Positions 12,379-27,974 of a stretch of DNA of 64,000 nt are shown in pieces. The stretch lies in assembly GCF_009914755.1 (NCBI RefSeq), contig NC_060926.1; one strand, given 5' to 3'. The notes below the pieces were generated by a model. That model was not told where the DNA came from, searched no databases, and saw only the letters and a program-made list of their open reading frames with translations. Every line of letters begins with the position of its first letter. The first letter of the stretch is position 1. The DNA is from the human T2T-CHM13v2.0 reference genome, Homo sapiens. The position numbers and the translations under genes are program-made.

Positions 12379-15217
12379 TCGATCCATGTTTTGTAACAAA
12401 TTCACTGTGTTATTTAAGGAAAAAAAGGTAAGCTATGCTTAGTGCCAACAATAAGTGGCCATTCGTAAAGCAGTGTTTTAGCATTTCTTGTGCTGGCTTG
12501 TAATGTAGGGAAAAAAAGTGCTGTTTTTTGAAAAGATGGTGTCATTTCCCCCTTCTTCCCATGTTTTAAAGCCCCATCTTATATCCAGTTCCCAAAATTT
12601 GCATACTTACCTAAGTATTTTTTTTAGGTGTGCTGTGTTTGGGGAATATTTGAAAATTTAAAGCATGATTTAAAATTTTTTAAAGTGAGCTGTGACACTG
12701 GAAAGCTCTTCATTTTATCTTTTAAAATAGAGTTTTTTCTATTTATATATGTAAAATTGTAGTGTATTTCTTTTCACCAAACAGTGTGTGGGACATTCTT
12801 TATCACTGTTTTAGGATCACCTCAGGAAGTGTCGTTACCCAGAATTCCCCACTGTCTGCTATGAGACTTGTAACTTTATCACTATACTTCTGCTTGGTGC
12901 CATCTTGTCAGAGTAATATTTGATGTCTGTGATATGTAAAGAATTATCCTAGGATAAAGATATTAAACTTTAAGCAGATTTCAGATGTTACTGCTTTAAA
13001 ACAAATCAGGGATAACAAATTAAACGTATAACTTAAAATATGCAATGACATTTAGAGGTAACCAATGTTGATATAGGTAGCATAGCCTAGCCTCCTCCCC
13101 AAAATTGCTTTTACAACTAACACTGATACTAATTTAGGATAGTTCATGCCTTATCCTTGCTAAGAAAATGGAATTGATGGTAGGCAGGTGCTAAAGTGCT
13201 TTTCAAAACAATATTACGTTAGAATACAATTGGATTCTTCCTCAAATTTATACAGGCCAAAAAGTAAAACATTAATTTTCTGAATTTCCAGATTACCAAT
13301 CAATTAATCAACAAATAGCCAGTATTATGCTGTGTATTTCTGTCAGGTCATTTTAAAATCCATGTTAATTTTATAAAAGAATTTTTTACATGTCACTGTC
13401 AGGAGCTCACTGTGAATGTGTTGTCTTCAAATGGTTATTTAACCACACAGTACACTACATTTTACATATATGTACGTAATCTCTGGGAATAGTAAATTAA
13501 TTATGTTATTTATAAACAATACATAGGTCAACAGACTTTAAGCAGGGAGGAAAAGAAGAGTAATAGCGTCTGTGTGCTGCAGACCATTCAGAACTGTCAC
13601 GTGTGTCCCCATGGTCTCATTCATTGTATTCCTAGCAATTCCCTTTTCAATGTTGAGTTCACCTCTTTATTTCACAAAGTACTTGGTCTCTCAATTTCTT
13701 GATCTGGTTTTGCTTCCATTTAAAAACTAATCAAGAAGGGAAAATATTGAGAATGTGCATACAAGAAAATCATTAATTTCCTGAAGATGAATTTCTACCT
13801 GTTGTGAACATTTAACTTTCTTTTTAAAAGTTAAACAAAAATAAACAAGGGATATTATGATGAATGTTTGGCTTATGTGAGTACTAGAGATAAAATTTTT
13901 AAACCCAGTTATTCACAATATAAAATGTTTTCAAGTTAGAAAAAATTTTTAGAAATCCTGGGTATTGTATTTAACTGTAGCTAACCAATTTTAAAACTTG
14001 TATTCTTTTGAGAACTATTATTAATAGAAAAACTTTTTATAAGCAGTAAAATAAGAATGTTCCAGTGACTACCTGTCCTTATACCTAGTCTTGTTAAAAC
14101 TTTCTTTTGCAGGGTATTTAGTGTTTGGTTTACAGTCAGTGCAGAGTGGGCAAGTTAACAGAAAGTTTGAGCTAGAGATACTGGAAAAAAAAAAGATCAA
14201 AGAATGAGAAAAATGGTGATCCATTTTGGGGCAAACTGAGACCCCCCAAATAACTCTTTCCTCATGTGTATGGTGCTCCTCATGACTCGTCTTGTATTTT
14301 GCCTTTCTGATACCCATCAGAACTGCTGCTGCTCTAACTTATACTCTTTACCTTGCCCAGATCTCCGCGTAAGGAATGCTTTATGATCAACTTGCCATAG
14401 GACTGATGGATTAACCAGTGTTCGGCTTTATTTGAAGTCTATGCCCTGCACAGCTCTTGTATGTATTTTAGATGCTAGAAGTTTTTTTAGCATGTGATGT
14501 GTGATTCTTGTTTGAATTCTAGGTACCTTGTGAATTCCAGAAAAAGAGACTGTGCTTCACGATTGTTAGTCCCATGAACTTGCACTATCTATCTTTCATG
14601 GTGATGTTTTGAAACTACAATCAGGAAAAAACCCAACACCTTTGGAATTTAAAATAGAATCATATCATGAAATTTAAAAAGAATCTCTTCTGTTGCATTT
14701 CCTCACCCCTAAGTAACAGCTACATTTAAGTAAAATGCAGGTGGTAGGGGAAAAAAAACCATGGCGAGATGGTGGTTTAGTGGAATAAACTGATTACTGG
14801 TTTTTTTGTTTTTTTTTTTTTTTTAAAGAAAGAAGCTTCATCACAGATACTTTCCAGTTTCTCTTTTATACTTTTTTGAAAGATTACTTTTTAGGAACAT
14901 TTGGTATGATATGCATAAAATTATTTATCCATTTATGGGCAAAATGATACAAGTAGCATCTTGATTGAACATCATTTACCTCAGATATTCAACCAGCAGT
15001 ACGTTTTTTATGCAGTCTCAACCCATATCCCATTTGTTACCTCTCAGAATATTGGTAAGCAGTTATTTTCGCTTTACTCTGTATTTCTTGTGTTTTGGGC
15101 ACAGGTTATTGTACTACTGTCAAATCGTACTTGCTATTTTTTCTGCAAGTATTTAACAGAAAGCTTAAAATCCCCATAAAACCCCACCTTGGATAAGTGA
15201 TTGTTAAATATTGTACA

Positions 15218-15261
15218 AATAAAATGTATGCTATCCCCATTCCATCCCCAAGTTAAATAAA
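15218..15261 (+). terminator. Distal poly(A) signals of ACVR2A (two AATAAA)
   Basis: AATAAA at 15218-15223 and 15256-15261, with upstream TGTA elements and a T-rich downstream region. Confidence 0.75.
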
Positions 15262-15307
15262 AAAATGAATACGGTATGATTTGCATATGCAGTTTTTCTT
15301 TAGCTAT

Positions 15308-16960
<1,653 letters not shown>

Positions 16961-18953
16961 TATGTGTTCTTAAAGAGGGGAGTGGTAGCTTTGTAACTTA
17001 CAGTGAGGCTTACACCTTGACAACTGCAAGAATGAGGATAGTGGTGAGTGAAGGGAGATTTGTTAATTATGGCATTTCCCTCTATTATCGTCTAAACAGA
17101 TTATATTCCCACTAAAGTATGTGTGTTGGTCCTGCCAGTATTAGAAACCAGAGGCTTGTTGGCATTGTGTCACACAGTACACACCAATGGATTCTCAGAT
17201 TTTCTAGGGTAAAGGTGAAGGATGGGGCAGCACTTAGGTTATGGTGGTTTGAAAGAAACTGAATTGCTTTCTAAACCAGATGAGGATCAGAGTGCGAACC
17301 ATGGTGAAATATGCATGGAAACTACAGAAAGACTGAAGTGTTTCTTACGGTGTTTTCTGCAAAACGTGATTCATTAGGACATTAACAGGTATTACGTTTT
17401 CAACATATACAGCATTATGATACAGTAAGTTTGGACCAAACAGGTATTCATTCCCCAGAGCCTTTCACATGCACGAGAATCAGTCATTTTAACAAGAATT
17501 CCGTTTCTGCTGGGCCACTTGGATCCCTTGGATTCAGATGTAAAAACACACTGAAATATTCCTCCTTTCACCTGCTTTTCAGTTTGAGGTAATCAGATTG
17601 AAAAGCAGGAGTTCATGCATTTTTTGGTTCTATTTTTCCTCCTCTAGTAAATGAAGAAAATAAGCTATATGTATAAGTTTACATTATTCTTGAACCGCTT
17701 TTTAAACTAGGGTTTTTCATATTTGTTTTTATTGATGACAATTAAAGCAATTTAAGAGACGAAGTTAGCTCAAAACTCTTGCGAATAGATTTTAGCATTT
17801 TTGTATGAGGGAATATGGAAAGGCCAACAAGCAGCACTGTTCCTCCCCACAAAAATGCCTTGGGAATATAATAGGCGTACACTTCATTTGTGTAACTTTT
17901 CCTAATGTATTTTTTTTTAATTTGCTTTATAACGGTTTCATGTTTACCTCAATTGGTACTTAGTCTTAAAATCTTTCTTTATACTTGGTTATTGATGGAT
18001 CTTCTGCAGCTCTTATGTAGCCAATGAGACAGATGAGGGCTGTCAGCTTTTAAGTGACATCTTAAGCTAATAAGAAATTGGAATCCTCAAGTCATTTCAT
18101 GAGGCTGTTACCCTTTAAGACAAATAATACTTTCCTCAGATAGTTCAGAAAATTTTTAAAAGGATCACTTAGAGCATAAGTGTAAAATTCTTGCTTCTAG
18201 TATATAATAGTGATGTTACCATGTCAAGTATTTTGGTGAAATATCCCCTAAAAATGTGTAGACTACGGCACAGATTGAGTATGCAAGCCTTAGCTTGAAT
18301 GAGACTGCTGAGAAGTAAATGACAGGGATCTGAATACTTAGCAGGCTTAACTTTTTGCAGGGAAGGAAAGGCTATGTATGCAAAAGAATAGGTTGTAACT
18401 ACTGAAGAGCTACTTTATGCTCAGAAACCTTTTATTCCACTTTGTATCCAAGATTTCATTAAAACATTGTTCCTTAGAGCATACTTTAAAAACTATTTGG
18501 TAAGGAATCCACTGTTGAACTTCAGGTCTTAATAGCACTGGCTTTGGTGCTAAACTGAGTTGAATTCCAAGCCTGTTGGCCATTCCCAGCATTGCCACTG
18601 CTGTGTTAGTTTTCTCATCTGTAAATAACTGCCTACATCTCACAGGGCCTCTAATAGTTAAATAGATTGTAAGCTGCACAAGCATAGGGACAGTCTGTCT
18701 TTTGTAAACCTCCCATGCACACAATAGGAAATCAAATATTCTTGAACAAATGAAGTCACTAAGTGCTCATTAAATTTCATTTTAAATATATGCCTCTGTT
18801 AATTCATGGATCTTGGAACTTACTTAAAAGACAATGCTTTGACGGACATTTCCACATTCCTCATAGGGATTTACTTTTTAATACAAACAGGTTCAGTTAA
18901 CATTGCCATACACATCTCATTACTTTTGGGAGTGCTTTTCCAGAAATCTCTGG

Positions 18954-19290
18954 TAGTCACGTCACTTCATGATGGGGCTACGTTCTGAGAAATGTGTCTT
19001 TGGGTGATTTCATCACTGTATGAACATCACAGAGTATACTTACACAGACCCTGATGATATGTATATAGCCTGTTACACACTTAGGCTATACAGATAGCCT
19101 AGCCTATTACTCTTCAGCTATAGCACTGTACAGAATGTTACTGTAATCATACTGTAGGCAACTGTAACACAATGGTAAAACATTTGTATATTTAGACATA
19201 GAAAAGGTACAGTAAAAATATGGTATAATCTTATGAGACCACCCTTTATACAATGTCATTGACCAAAATGTTACGTGGTGCCATGACTAT
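18954..19290 (+). mobile_element. Tigger3/MER7-type TcMar DNA transposon in the ORC4 3' region
   Basis: tacgttctgagaaatg... and gaaaaggtacagtaaaaatatgg motifs, catgact terminus; homologous to 38734-39071. Confidence 0.8.
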
Positions 19291-19732
19291 ACTTGTTAAG
19301 AAGGAAAATTCCAGTCCTTTTGACCTATGGTAGGCTCAACAATCTGTAATTTTAGAAAATCCTACAAGGGATTCTGATGTGGATGGTATGAGTACCACAT
19401 TTTGAGATGTCTAGAAGAAAAATCTTCAAACTCCTTGGCCTTTTTCTTCCATGGAACCATCTTCTGACTAAGCTGGTTAGTCTTCTGAACTAGAAAACCT
19501 GGGTCTGGGATAGAATCCAAAATTTGCATGTGGACAGAAAAAAACACTGCAGCAAACCTGCTGTACCAAAGGTTACTTATTATACTTCAGTGCTTACCAT
19601 TGTTTTTTTTACTCCTTTGGTTTAAGGTTTGTAAAGACATCTAGCTGTTAGGTTGAAGTGAGCTCTTCAAATAGACCATTATATATATAAGTGTTAAAAA
19701 AGCACATGGTCTAGTCCCTAAAACAGTCATAT

Positions 19733-19738
19733 TTTATT
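19733..19738 (-). terminator. Candidate proximal poly(A) signal of ORC4; further minus-strand AATAAA at 18431-18436 and 17728-17733
   Basis: TTTATT on the + strand ~225 nt beyond the ORC4 stop codon. Confidence 0.5.
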
Positions 19739-19961
19739 CTTCTGAACAGCTACTTACAAAGTAATCTCAATCAGTGAAATTATAAATCATGTAACTGTTC
19801 ATGATTAAAAGGCAAGACACAGCCAAGACAGTAGATGGGCAAGTCTCACATAAATACAAGAATGTTTATAGAATGTTTAGCATATCATGTTAATGGACAA
19901 TAGTTTTCCGTTCTCTACAGAAGTATGAATGAAATGCCAAAGTTGAAGTCACTGGTTATAT

Positions 19962-20171
<210 letters not shown>

Positions 20172-21177
20172 TTAGGTTGAATAGGAGAGGAGAGTGACAA
20201 CTCTCCTGTTCTCTCCCAGAGAACAGTTAGCATTTTGGTCAGCTGCAGAACAGAGTACTGGGAAGCAAAATGTAACAACAATCAATAGGATTAAAAAAAC
20301 TCTCACAACCCCATGAAAACTCATATTATCAGGTAAAACAGTGTCAGTGCACACTTACTTGTCCATATATTGTTGAATGTAAACACGGCAAACTTTAATT
20401 CAATATATACAATATGGTTTTCTTCCTAGCCTCATTCTCTATCATAGCTCCTCCTAGTACTTTAATAAATAGTTTCCAGTTCTCTGTAAAAACCTAAGAA
20501 TCAGATAAGACTTTCTGATCAATTCCCTAGGCTACTCAGATTTGCATTTATATTTTGTCTGTCTCTATTTTTGCTTTGCTATGTAAAAAGGTAACACAGC
20601 TGTAACAGAGGGAGGCAGAAAAAGACCCTTGAGTCAACTAGACATATTCAGCTGATCCTGTAAGTAAAGGATTCAGCAGGCTAGTATGGACATGGAGGAG
20701 AAGGGACAGGCTCCTGTTTCCTCTAAGAAGTCTGACTGAGACTGTCACAACCTTCTTCCATCTTCCCCATCTTAATAGGGCTCTTTCTTGTCTACTTCCT
20801 CTTATCCTTAATATTCACCTATTATATCTTTTCTAACCTTGAGTGTTGTGTTAGGTACGTTATTAGGTTATGAAAAAAAAAACCATTAAATCATGATATA
20901 CTAACCATTAAATAATGATACACTGAAATAGATTCCTGAGGATTCTATTATATTCTTACAACTCACTGTAAAAAACATCACTGGAACATATTCTCTATGT
21001 ATCACATAAATTCTTCTGATAGAGAAACAGCTCAGATACCTTCATATCTGAACATGAGAAAATACTGGAGGCTGCAGGTGTTAAGAGCTGAATAGAACTG
21101 TGCAGATTTAAAACATTTCTAAATAGCAAAATACTTCATAATTGAAAATTCAGAAATGAGCAGCTACAAATTATTGA

Positions 21178-21491
<314 letters not shown>

Positions 21492-21729
21492 ATTTAAATA
21501 CTTGGGTAACCTTTCCATTTTCACAGCTCTCACAAAATAAGACTATTAGGGGAAAAAAACCCTCCAGTATTGTAAAATACTTTTCCTGTTTCTTTGAAGA
21601 AATGGCAATGCTCTGTACTCATTTTTGTTGCTACAAGAAATGAAATTCTGGTTACTAGGGCCTATAAGGGATGCCAATGGACTTGGGGAATCCACTGTTT
21701 TAAAAGTTTCTTTCCTTAAAATCTTCAAG

Positions 21730-22150
21730 AGCTGCACTGTCCACGCTAGGCTACTGAGCACTTCAATGTGTGACTCAATTTTTTTTTAAACTTAAAAATG
21801 GATATTTAGTTCTATTAGAAAATTCTGAGCATGTTTAGAACAATTTCAAAATGTAAATTTACTTTCTCAGCTATACATTTTATGGAATCTAAACAGCAAG
21901 AATTTCCAGTAAACATTTAGGCCATTGAGATGTGCTTAAATATAATGTACACCAAATGTTAAAGACTTAATTCAAAAGAATGTAAAATACCTTACTGTTC
22001 TTCTATAATGATTATAGAATGACACATTTTTGATATGTTGCATTAAATATATAATTAAAATTAAACCTTTTTATTTTTCTTACAGGTACTAGAAAATTTA
22101 AAACTACATTACATGGCTCACATTATCTTTGTAGTGGACAATGGTAATCT
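21730..22150. mobile_element. MER3/MER33-like hAT-Charlie element
   Basis: Termini gctgcactgtcca...ggctactgagcactt and catggctcacatta...tggaca. Confidence 0.55.
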
Positions 22151-22540
22151 ACATGAAGTCCTGAAGTTGTAAAACTCATGACTCAGCCCCCAAATAACAC
22201 TTTCTCTGTATGCCCTCACAGGCCAATAAGATTTTGTCTTTTAAGTTTCTTAATGGCTCTAATTTTCATTGTTTTCTCCTTTTACTGCTGAGATTATAAA
22301 AGCCAATCCTTGGGTTGGAAAGGGAAAGGTTATATCACACACTATACTGAATAGTTGTTTTCGGGATGCAAGTGCTCTGAAGAGACAGCAGAGGGCAGTA
22401 TACCTCCACAAACTAAAACAACCGGTCACTTCCTCAGATTTTTCCAAAATATTTCATTTTTAGATAATTTTCTTGTTTTGAAAAAAATCTCTATAATACT
22501 TAATGTTTAAAAATGAAAGTGCAATTTTAATACATAATCA

Positions 22541-22696
<156 letters not shown>

Positions 22697-22732
22697 TCAA
22701 ATAAGCAGTGGGGAAGAGTCAGAAAAAAGCTA

Positions 22733-22867
<135 letters not shown>

Positions 22868-23547
22868 CTATCAGTTTAATGACATATAAGACTGAAATAA
22901 CTGTTCTCCAAAGAATACAATATAGTGAAAGATCTATGGTTCTGAGGGGTGAAGAAGGTCAAGATTCTTCTAGATTTCAATGTGTTTCAATTATCTATAT
23001 AAATTTAAGTTACTTAACCTCCCTGAGCTTAGTTTTTTTCCTATCTGCAAAATAAGGATATTTTTAAACTTTTAGAAATGTCACAAAGATTGGCGAAATA
23101 TTATCAGGCACTCACCATATGGCCCACAGTAAACAAAATAAACTTCAATTGTTATGTGACTTTAAATCACACAGGGCCTTTGCGTAGGATTTATCTAGAG
23201 ACTTCCTAAACTCCTGGAAATTATATCCAAATCTGTGTATTCCTTTTTTCCCCGGAGAGGAAAAGGTTCATTACATTTGGAAAAGGAAATAACAAACCCA
23301 AAATGACTGAAACCCAGAGAATGCTCTTCAGTAGTTCTTGATACAATGATAACATCAGCAACACAGTCTTACCTGGATTTCCAATGTGGCAAAAGAGGCA
23401 GAGCGTCAAATTTTTTTTTCACTTTAAATGGGAGTGATAGTACCTTTAAAAGGACTAAGTTAAAGGCTATATGGATACGAAAGTATTTTATAAAGCATTA
23501 TGCCCACGTTAATTGTAATTTTAAAAACATTCCATTATCTAAATTCA

Positions 23548-23700
<153 letters not shown>

Positions 23701-24346
23701 CTAGGGAAAGACAGATCAGAAAAACAATTACGTATTTACATGGGCATTTTGGAGATACTGTGCAAAACTTCTGAATTTGTATAGTTAATTCTTAAGGGAG
23801 AGTAAATATTAATGCTTAGGAAGGTATTCTCAAATTCAGTTGTATTAAAATACAGTATTTCAATTTGTGTGTCACATAACTGCAGATGTAAAGCATAAAA
23901 AAAGTTCCTGCTGCTCTCTCTAACCCATCCCAGTTGCATAACTTGTTTACTTACTGCTTGGAAGAACAATGTTTAAAGAGGAGTAGGTCAAGGAGAAGAA
24001 ACTGAAAATAATTAAGAATACTTACTAATAAAAGCCCCAAACACAAGCCCAAAAGGCAGATCTACGCCTTACTTGTTAACTTTTTCACCACCCAATCATC
24101 CAGCCAGGTTAGTATTAATTTAGACAGAAGTTAGCTGTTTTATGTTCAATTGTACAAAAAAGAAAAGAAAATAGCACATTTATACTCAGGAATAACTCTC
24201 CTTGAAAGCACAGTCTCCTTCTCTTGTGCTGCTTCTCTGTTCAAAAATGAACAGAGGTCCTGGACCAGAGTTGCTACTCAAGTATTTGAAGATTTCCTTC
24301 CTTCCTTCTTTATTTGTATTTTTCATGAAAGTTAAATTTGGTCATT

Positions 24347-24530
24347 TAGGGTTACAAGATTTAGCAGATAAAAATGCATGACCTCTGGTTAAATTTCAAT
24401 TTCAAATAAACAATAAATAGTTTCTTAGTAGTATGTGCCATGCAATATTTGGGATATAATTATCCAAGAAACTCTCCTTCACCTTAACAAGGGCGCAACT
24501 GATTAGCTGGGCAGAGAGTTTGGCAATCCT
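24347..24530. mobile_element. MER53-like hAT element
   Basis: gttaaatttcaatttcaaataaacaa...atgcaatatttggga core with agggtt/caatcct terminal repeats. Confidence 0.65.
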
Positions 24531-24611
24531 TGTCCTTCATTCTCCTACTGGTTGGGACCTAGATTGCCAGTGCTCCCTCCCTTTCTCTCTCCTTTCCTTT
24601 TTCCTTTAGTT

Positions 24612-25284
24612 ATTAATTTTTTAATTTTTATTTTTTAACTTCATTTTTCCATAAGTTATTGTGGTATGGGTGGTATTTGGTTACATGAGTAAGTTCTTTA
24701 GTGGTGATTTGTGAGACTTTGGTGAATGCATCACTTGAGCAGTATACACTGCATCATATTTGTAGTCTTTTATCCCTCGCCCCACTGGAAAACAATGTGG
24801 AGATTCCTTAAAGAACTAAAAGTAGAACTACCATTTGATACAGCCATCCCACTACAGGGCATCTACCCAGAGGAAAAGAAGTTATTATTTGAAAAAGAAA
24901 GAAGTCATTATTTGAAAAAGATGCTTGCATGTGCATGTTTATAGCAGCAAAACTCACAATTGCAAAATCGTAGAACCAACCCAAATGCCCATCAATCAAC
25001 GAGTGGATAAAGAAACTGTGGTATATATATACTATGGATATGGATAAAGAAACTGTGGTATATATATACTATGGATATATGGATATATATATATATGTGG
25101 TATATATATACTATGGATACTACACAGTCATAAAAAGGAATGAACTAACAGCATTTGCAGTGACCTGGATGAGACTGGAGACTATTATTCTAAGTGAAGT
25201 AACTCAGGAATGGAAAACCAAACATCGTATGTTCTCACTGATATGATATGTGGGAGCTAAGCTATGAGGACACAAAGGCATAAA
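24612..25284 (-). mobile_element. Short 5'-inverted L1PB-like insertion (3' end on - strand ~24612-24782; inverted ORF2 end and 3'UTR start on + strand ~24783-25284)
   Basis: Antisense L1PB 3' terminus joined to sense WRFLKELKVELPFD...ETIILSEVTQEWKTKHRMFSLI. Confidence 0.8.
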
Positions 25285-25435
25285 TTTTTTTTAACATATA
25301 CAAAGGCAACAGAGAATAATAAATATCTATGACTACTTTACCTGCTTAAGAAATATGATTTTAGAGTTGAAGCCCATCTCCTCCGGATTGGACTCTACTC
25401 TTCCCCACATAAAACAACCAAGTATGTCTATACTA

Positions 25436-25503
25436 TTAGGTTGGTGCAAAAGTAATTGCCATTTTGGGCACTGAAAGTAATGGTAACTTTTGCACCAACC
25501 TAA
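25436..25503. mobile_element. MADE1 (Hsmar1-derived MITE)
   Basis: Terminal inverted repeats TTAGGTTGGTGCAAAAGT / ACTTTTGCACCAACCTAA flanked by TA on both sides. Confidence 0.92.
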
Positions 25504-26216
25504 TACTTCTACTACATATACATGTATTATACAACAGAGTAATTTTCAACTTTTATATAAATATATTGTATCTTCACAACTCTCTTCACTGTGAGGTTTT
25601 ACCCATGTTGAGGCAGTATCAATTCTGGTTTATTCATTTTTTCATTATATTTCTTTGTATATATCCACGATTATTCATTTCCTAATTTCCTATTGACAGA
25701 CATCTTTCATTTCTTTTTTTTTCCCAATTATAAACAAGACTGCAATAAACAACCTTGGACATGTCTTCCTGTGCATTAGGTAACTAGACTTTCTCTAATT
25801 AGTATGTTTCTCTAGTTACCTAATTTGCTAAATAAATTGCTCTCCAAAGCACTTACACATATTTACATTGGCAGCAGCAATAAATATTAATAGTCACAGT
25901 CATGATACCATCAAGCATAATCTTTAACACCCACTAGATTGGCAAGAAAAAAAAAGTTTAATTGTAGTATTTCTCTGGTTACTGGAGAGGCTGAAAATCT
26001 GTAATCTATAATGAGCTTCCACAGTAAGACAATGACAACAAATAATGGGATGAGCTAAGAATATGAGTAAGCAGCCCTCAAAGTAGAATCCCATATGACA
26101 AAAAACAAGCCATTATTTAATTCATTACCATGAATTAAAAATGTAATAGAAAAATGGCAGAACAATGGCCGTTAATATTGACAATACTGAGGCAGAGATA
26201 TTTTCCCAGATGGAGA

Positions 26217-26259
26217 TGTGTGTGTATATATATATACATACACACATACACACACACAC
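26217..26259. repeat. Compound (TG)(TA)(CA) microsatellite
   Basis: Directly visible in the sequence. Confidence 0.85.
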
Positions 26260-26859
26260 CCCTCCTCTAAAAATTACTAGTCCCCAAATTCCTTCATGAT
26301 ATGCTGAAAATGGCAGTATGCTTTTGACAATAGAAGAAAAGTAAATAGGGATAAAAAGACTTAAATTCCTCAGCAGAAGCAGCAATGAGGAAAGAAAACT
26401 TGTATATAAACATGGGTGAACCATACAGCCAAGTAGGACACAAACTTGAAGCCAGAGAGCTTTGGATTAAGTCCTGGCTTTGTTATCTACTAGTAGTGTG
26501 ACCTTCGGCAAGTTACTTAGCTTTAAGGAGCCTCAATTTCTTTAGGGGTAAGAATAAAAAATAAGATTATTCCAATGGCCAGACATAATATAGGTACTAC
26601 TAGCATCAACAGTACTTGGCTCATATGCCAGTCCATAAATGGTAGCTACTGTCATTATTATTCTATTATTATTAAAAATGACCTTTCTATGAAACCAAAA
26701 CTATCTTGTCTTTCAAAGGTATTTGCCATAATTTTCTAGAAATATTAGACTAAAACCAAATACTCTTAGTGAAGAAAGTTAATTTTCAGAACAATTAAGT
26801 ACTTCTTGTTTGATATTGGTATTATGTAAGCTTAAGATATAATTACTTGGCAAAACATC

Positions 26860-27685
26860 ATAACCAGGTAGGATTTATTCCAGGTATATAAGGCTGGTTC
26901 AACACTCAAAAAATAACATAATCAAATATATCAACAGGTTAAAGAGAAACATGGTCATGCGAAACGATCGAGAATAAGCATTTGACAAAATCCAACACCC
27001 ATTTATAAGAAACTCTCAGCAAGTTACAAACAGATGAGGATTACCTCAACCTGATAATGAACATGTATAAAAAACCTACAGCTAACATTATACTTAATGG
27101 TAAAAGTTTGAATCCTTTCTTCCTAAGACTGGGAACAAGAAAGGATGTCCACTCTCACTGCTCTAATTCAACATAACACTGGAAATTCTAGCCATTGCAA
27201 AAAAGCAAGAAAAGAAATAAAAGGCATACAGATTGGAAAGAAAAAAAAAACCGTCACTATTTGTGAAAAATGTAATGGTCTACATCAAAAGTCCCAAGGA
27301 ATCTATTAAAAAACCTCTTAGAATAAGTGAGTTCAGCATAGACTATAAGTCAATCACATTTCTATATATTAATGTGTATATATATAATCAATCACATATT
27401 CTATATGTAATGAATATGTGGGAAATGTAATGAATATGTGGGAAACCAAAATTTCAAAACCCATTTACAATTGTTCTAACAAATTAAATATTGGTATACA
27501 CATTAAATAAGTACATCATCTGTGTAGTAAGAGCTATAAAATGCTGATGAAAGTAATCAAACAAGAAATCAAATAAAAGGAGATATGAACCCTATTCAGA
27601 GATTGGAACACTCGATGTAGTGTTCCAATGCATGTCGATTCTCCCAAAATTTACCTACAGGTTTAATCAATTCCCATAAAAACTT
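26860..27685 (+). mobile_element. Old L1M ORF2 (RT) fragment
   Basis: Degenerate GFIPG..GWFN, FDKIQHPF and GTR.GCPLS motifs. Confidence 0.85.
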
Positions 27686-27686
27686 A

Positions 27687-27974
<288 letters not shown>

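Larger units (their letters stand above)
11728..15280 (+). other. ACVR2A: ACVR2A long 3'UTR
   Basis: AU-rich sequence with no recognisable repeats, running from the stop codon to the AATAAA pair at 15218 and 15256. The 3' end is inferred. Confidence 0.8.
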
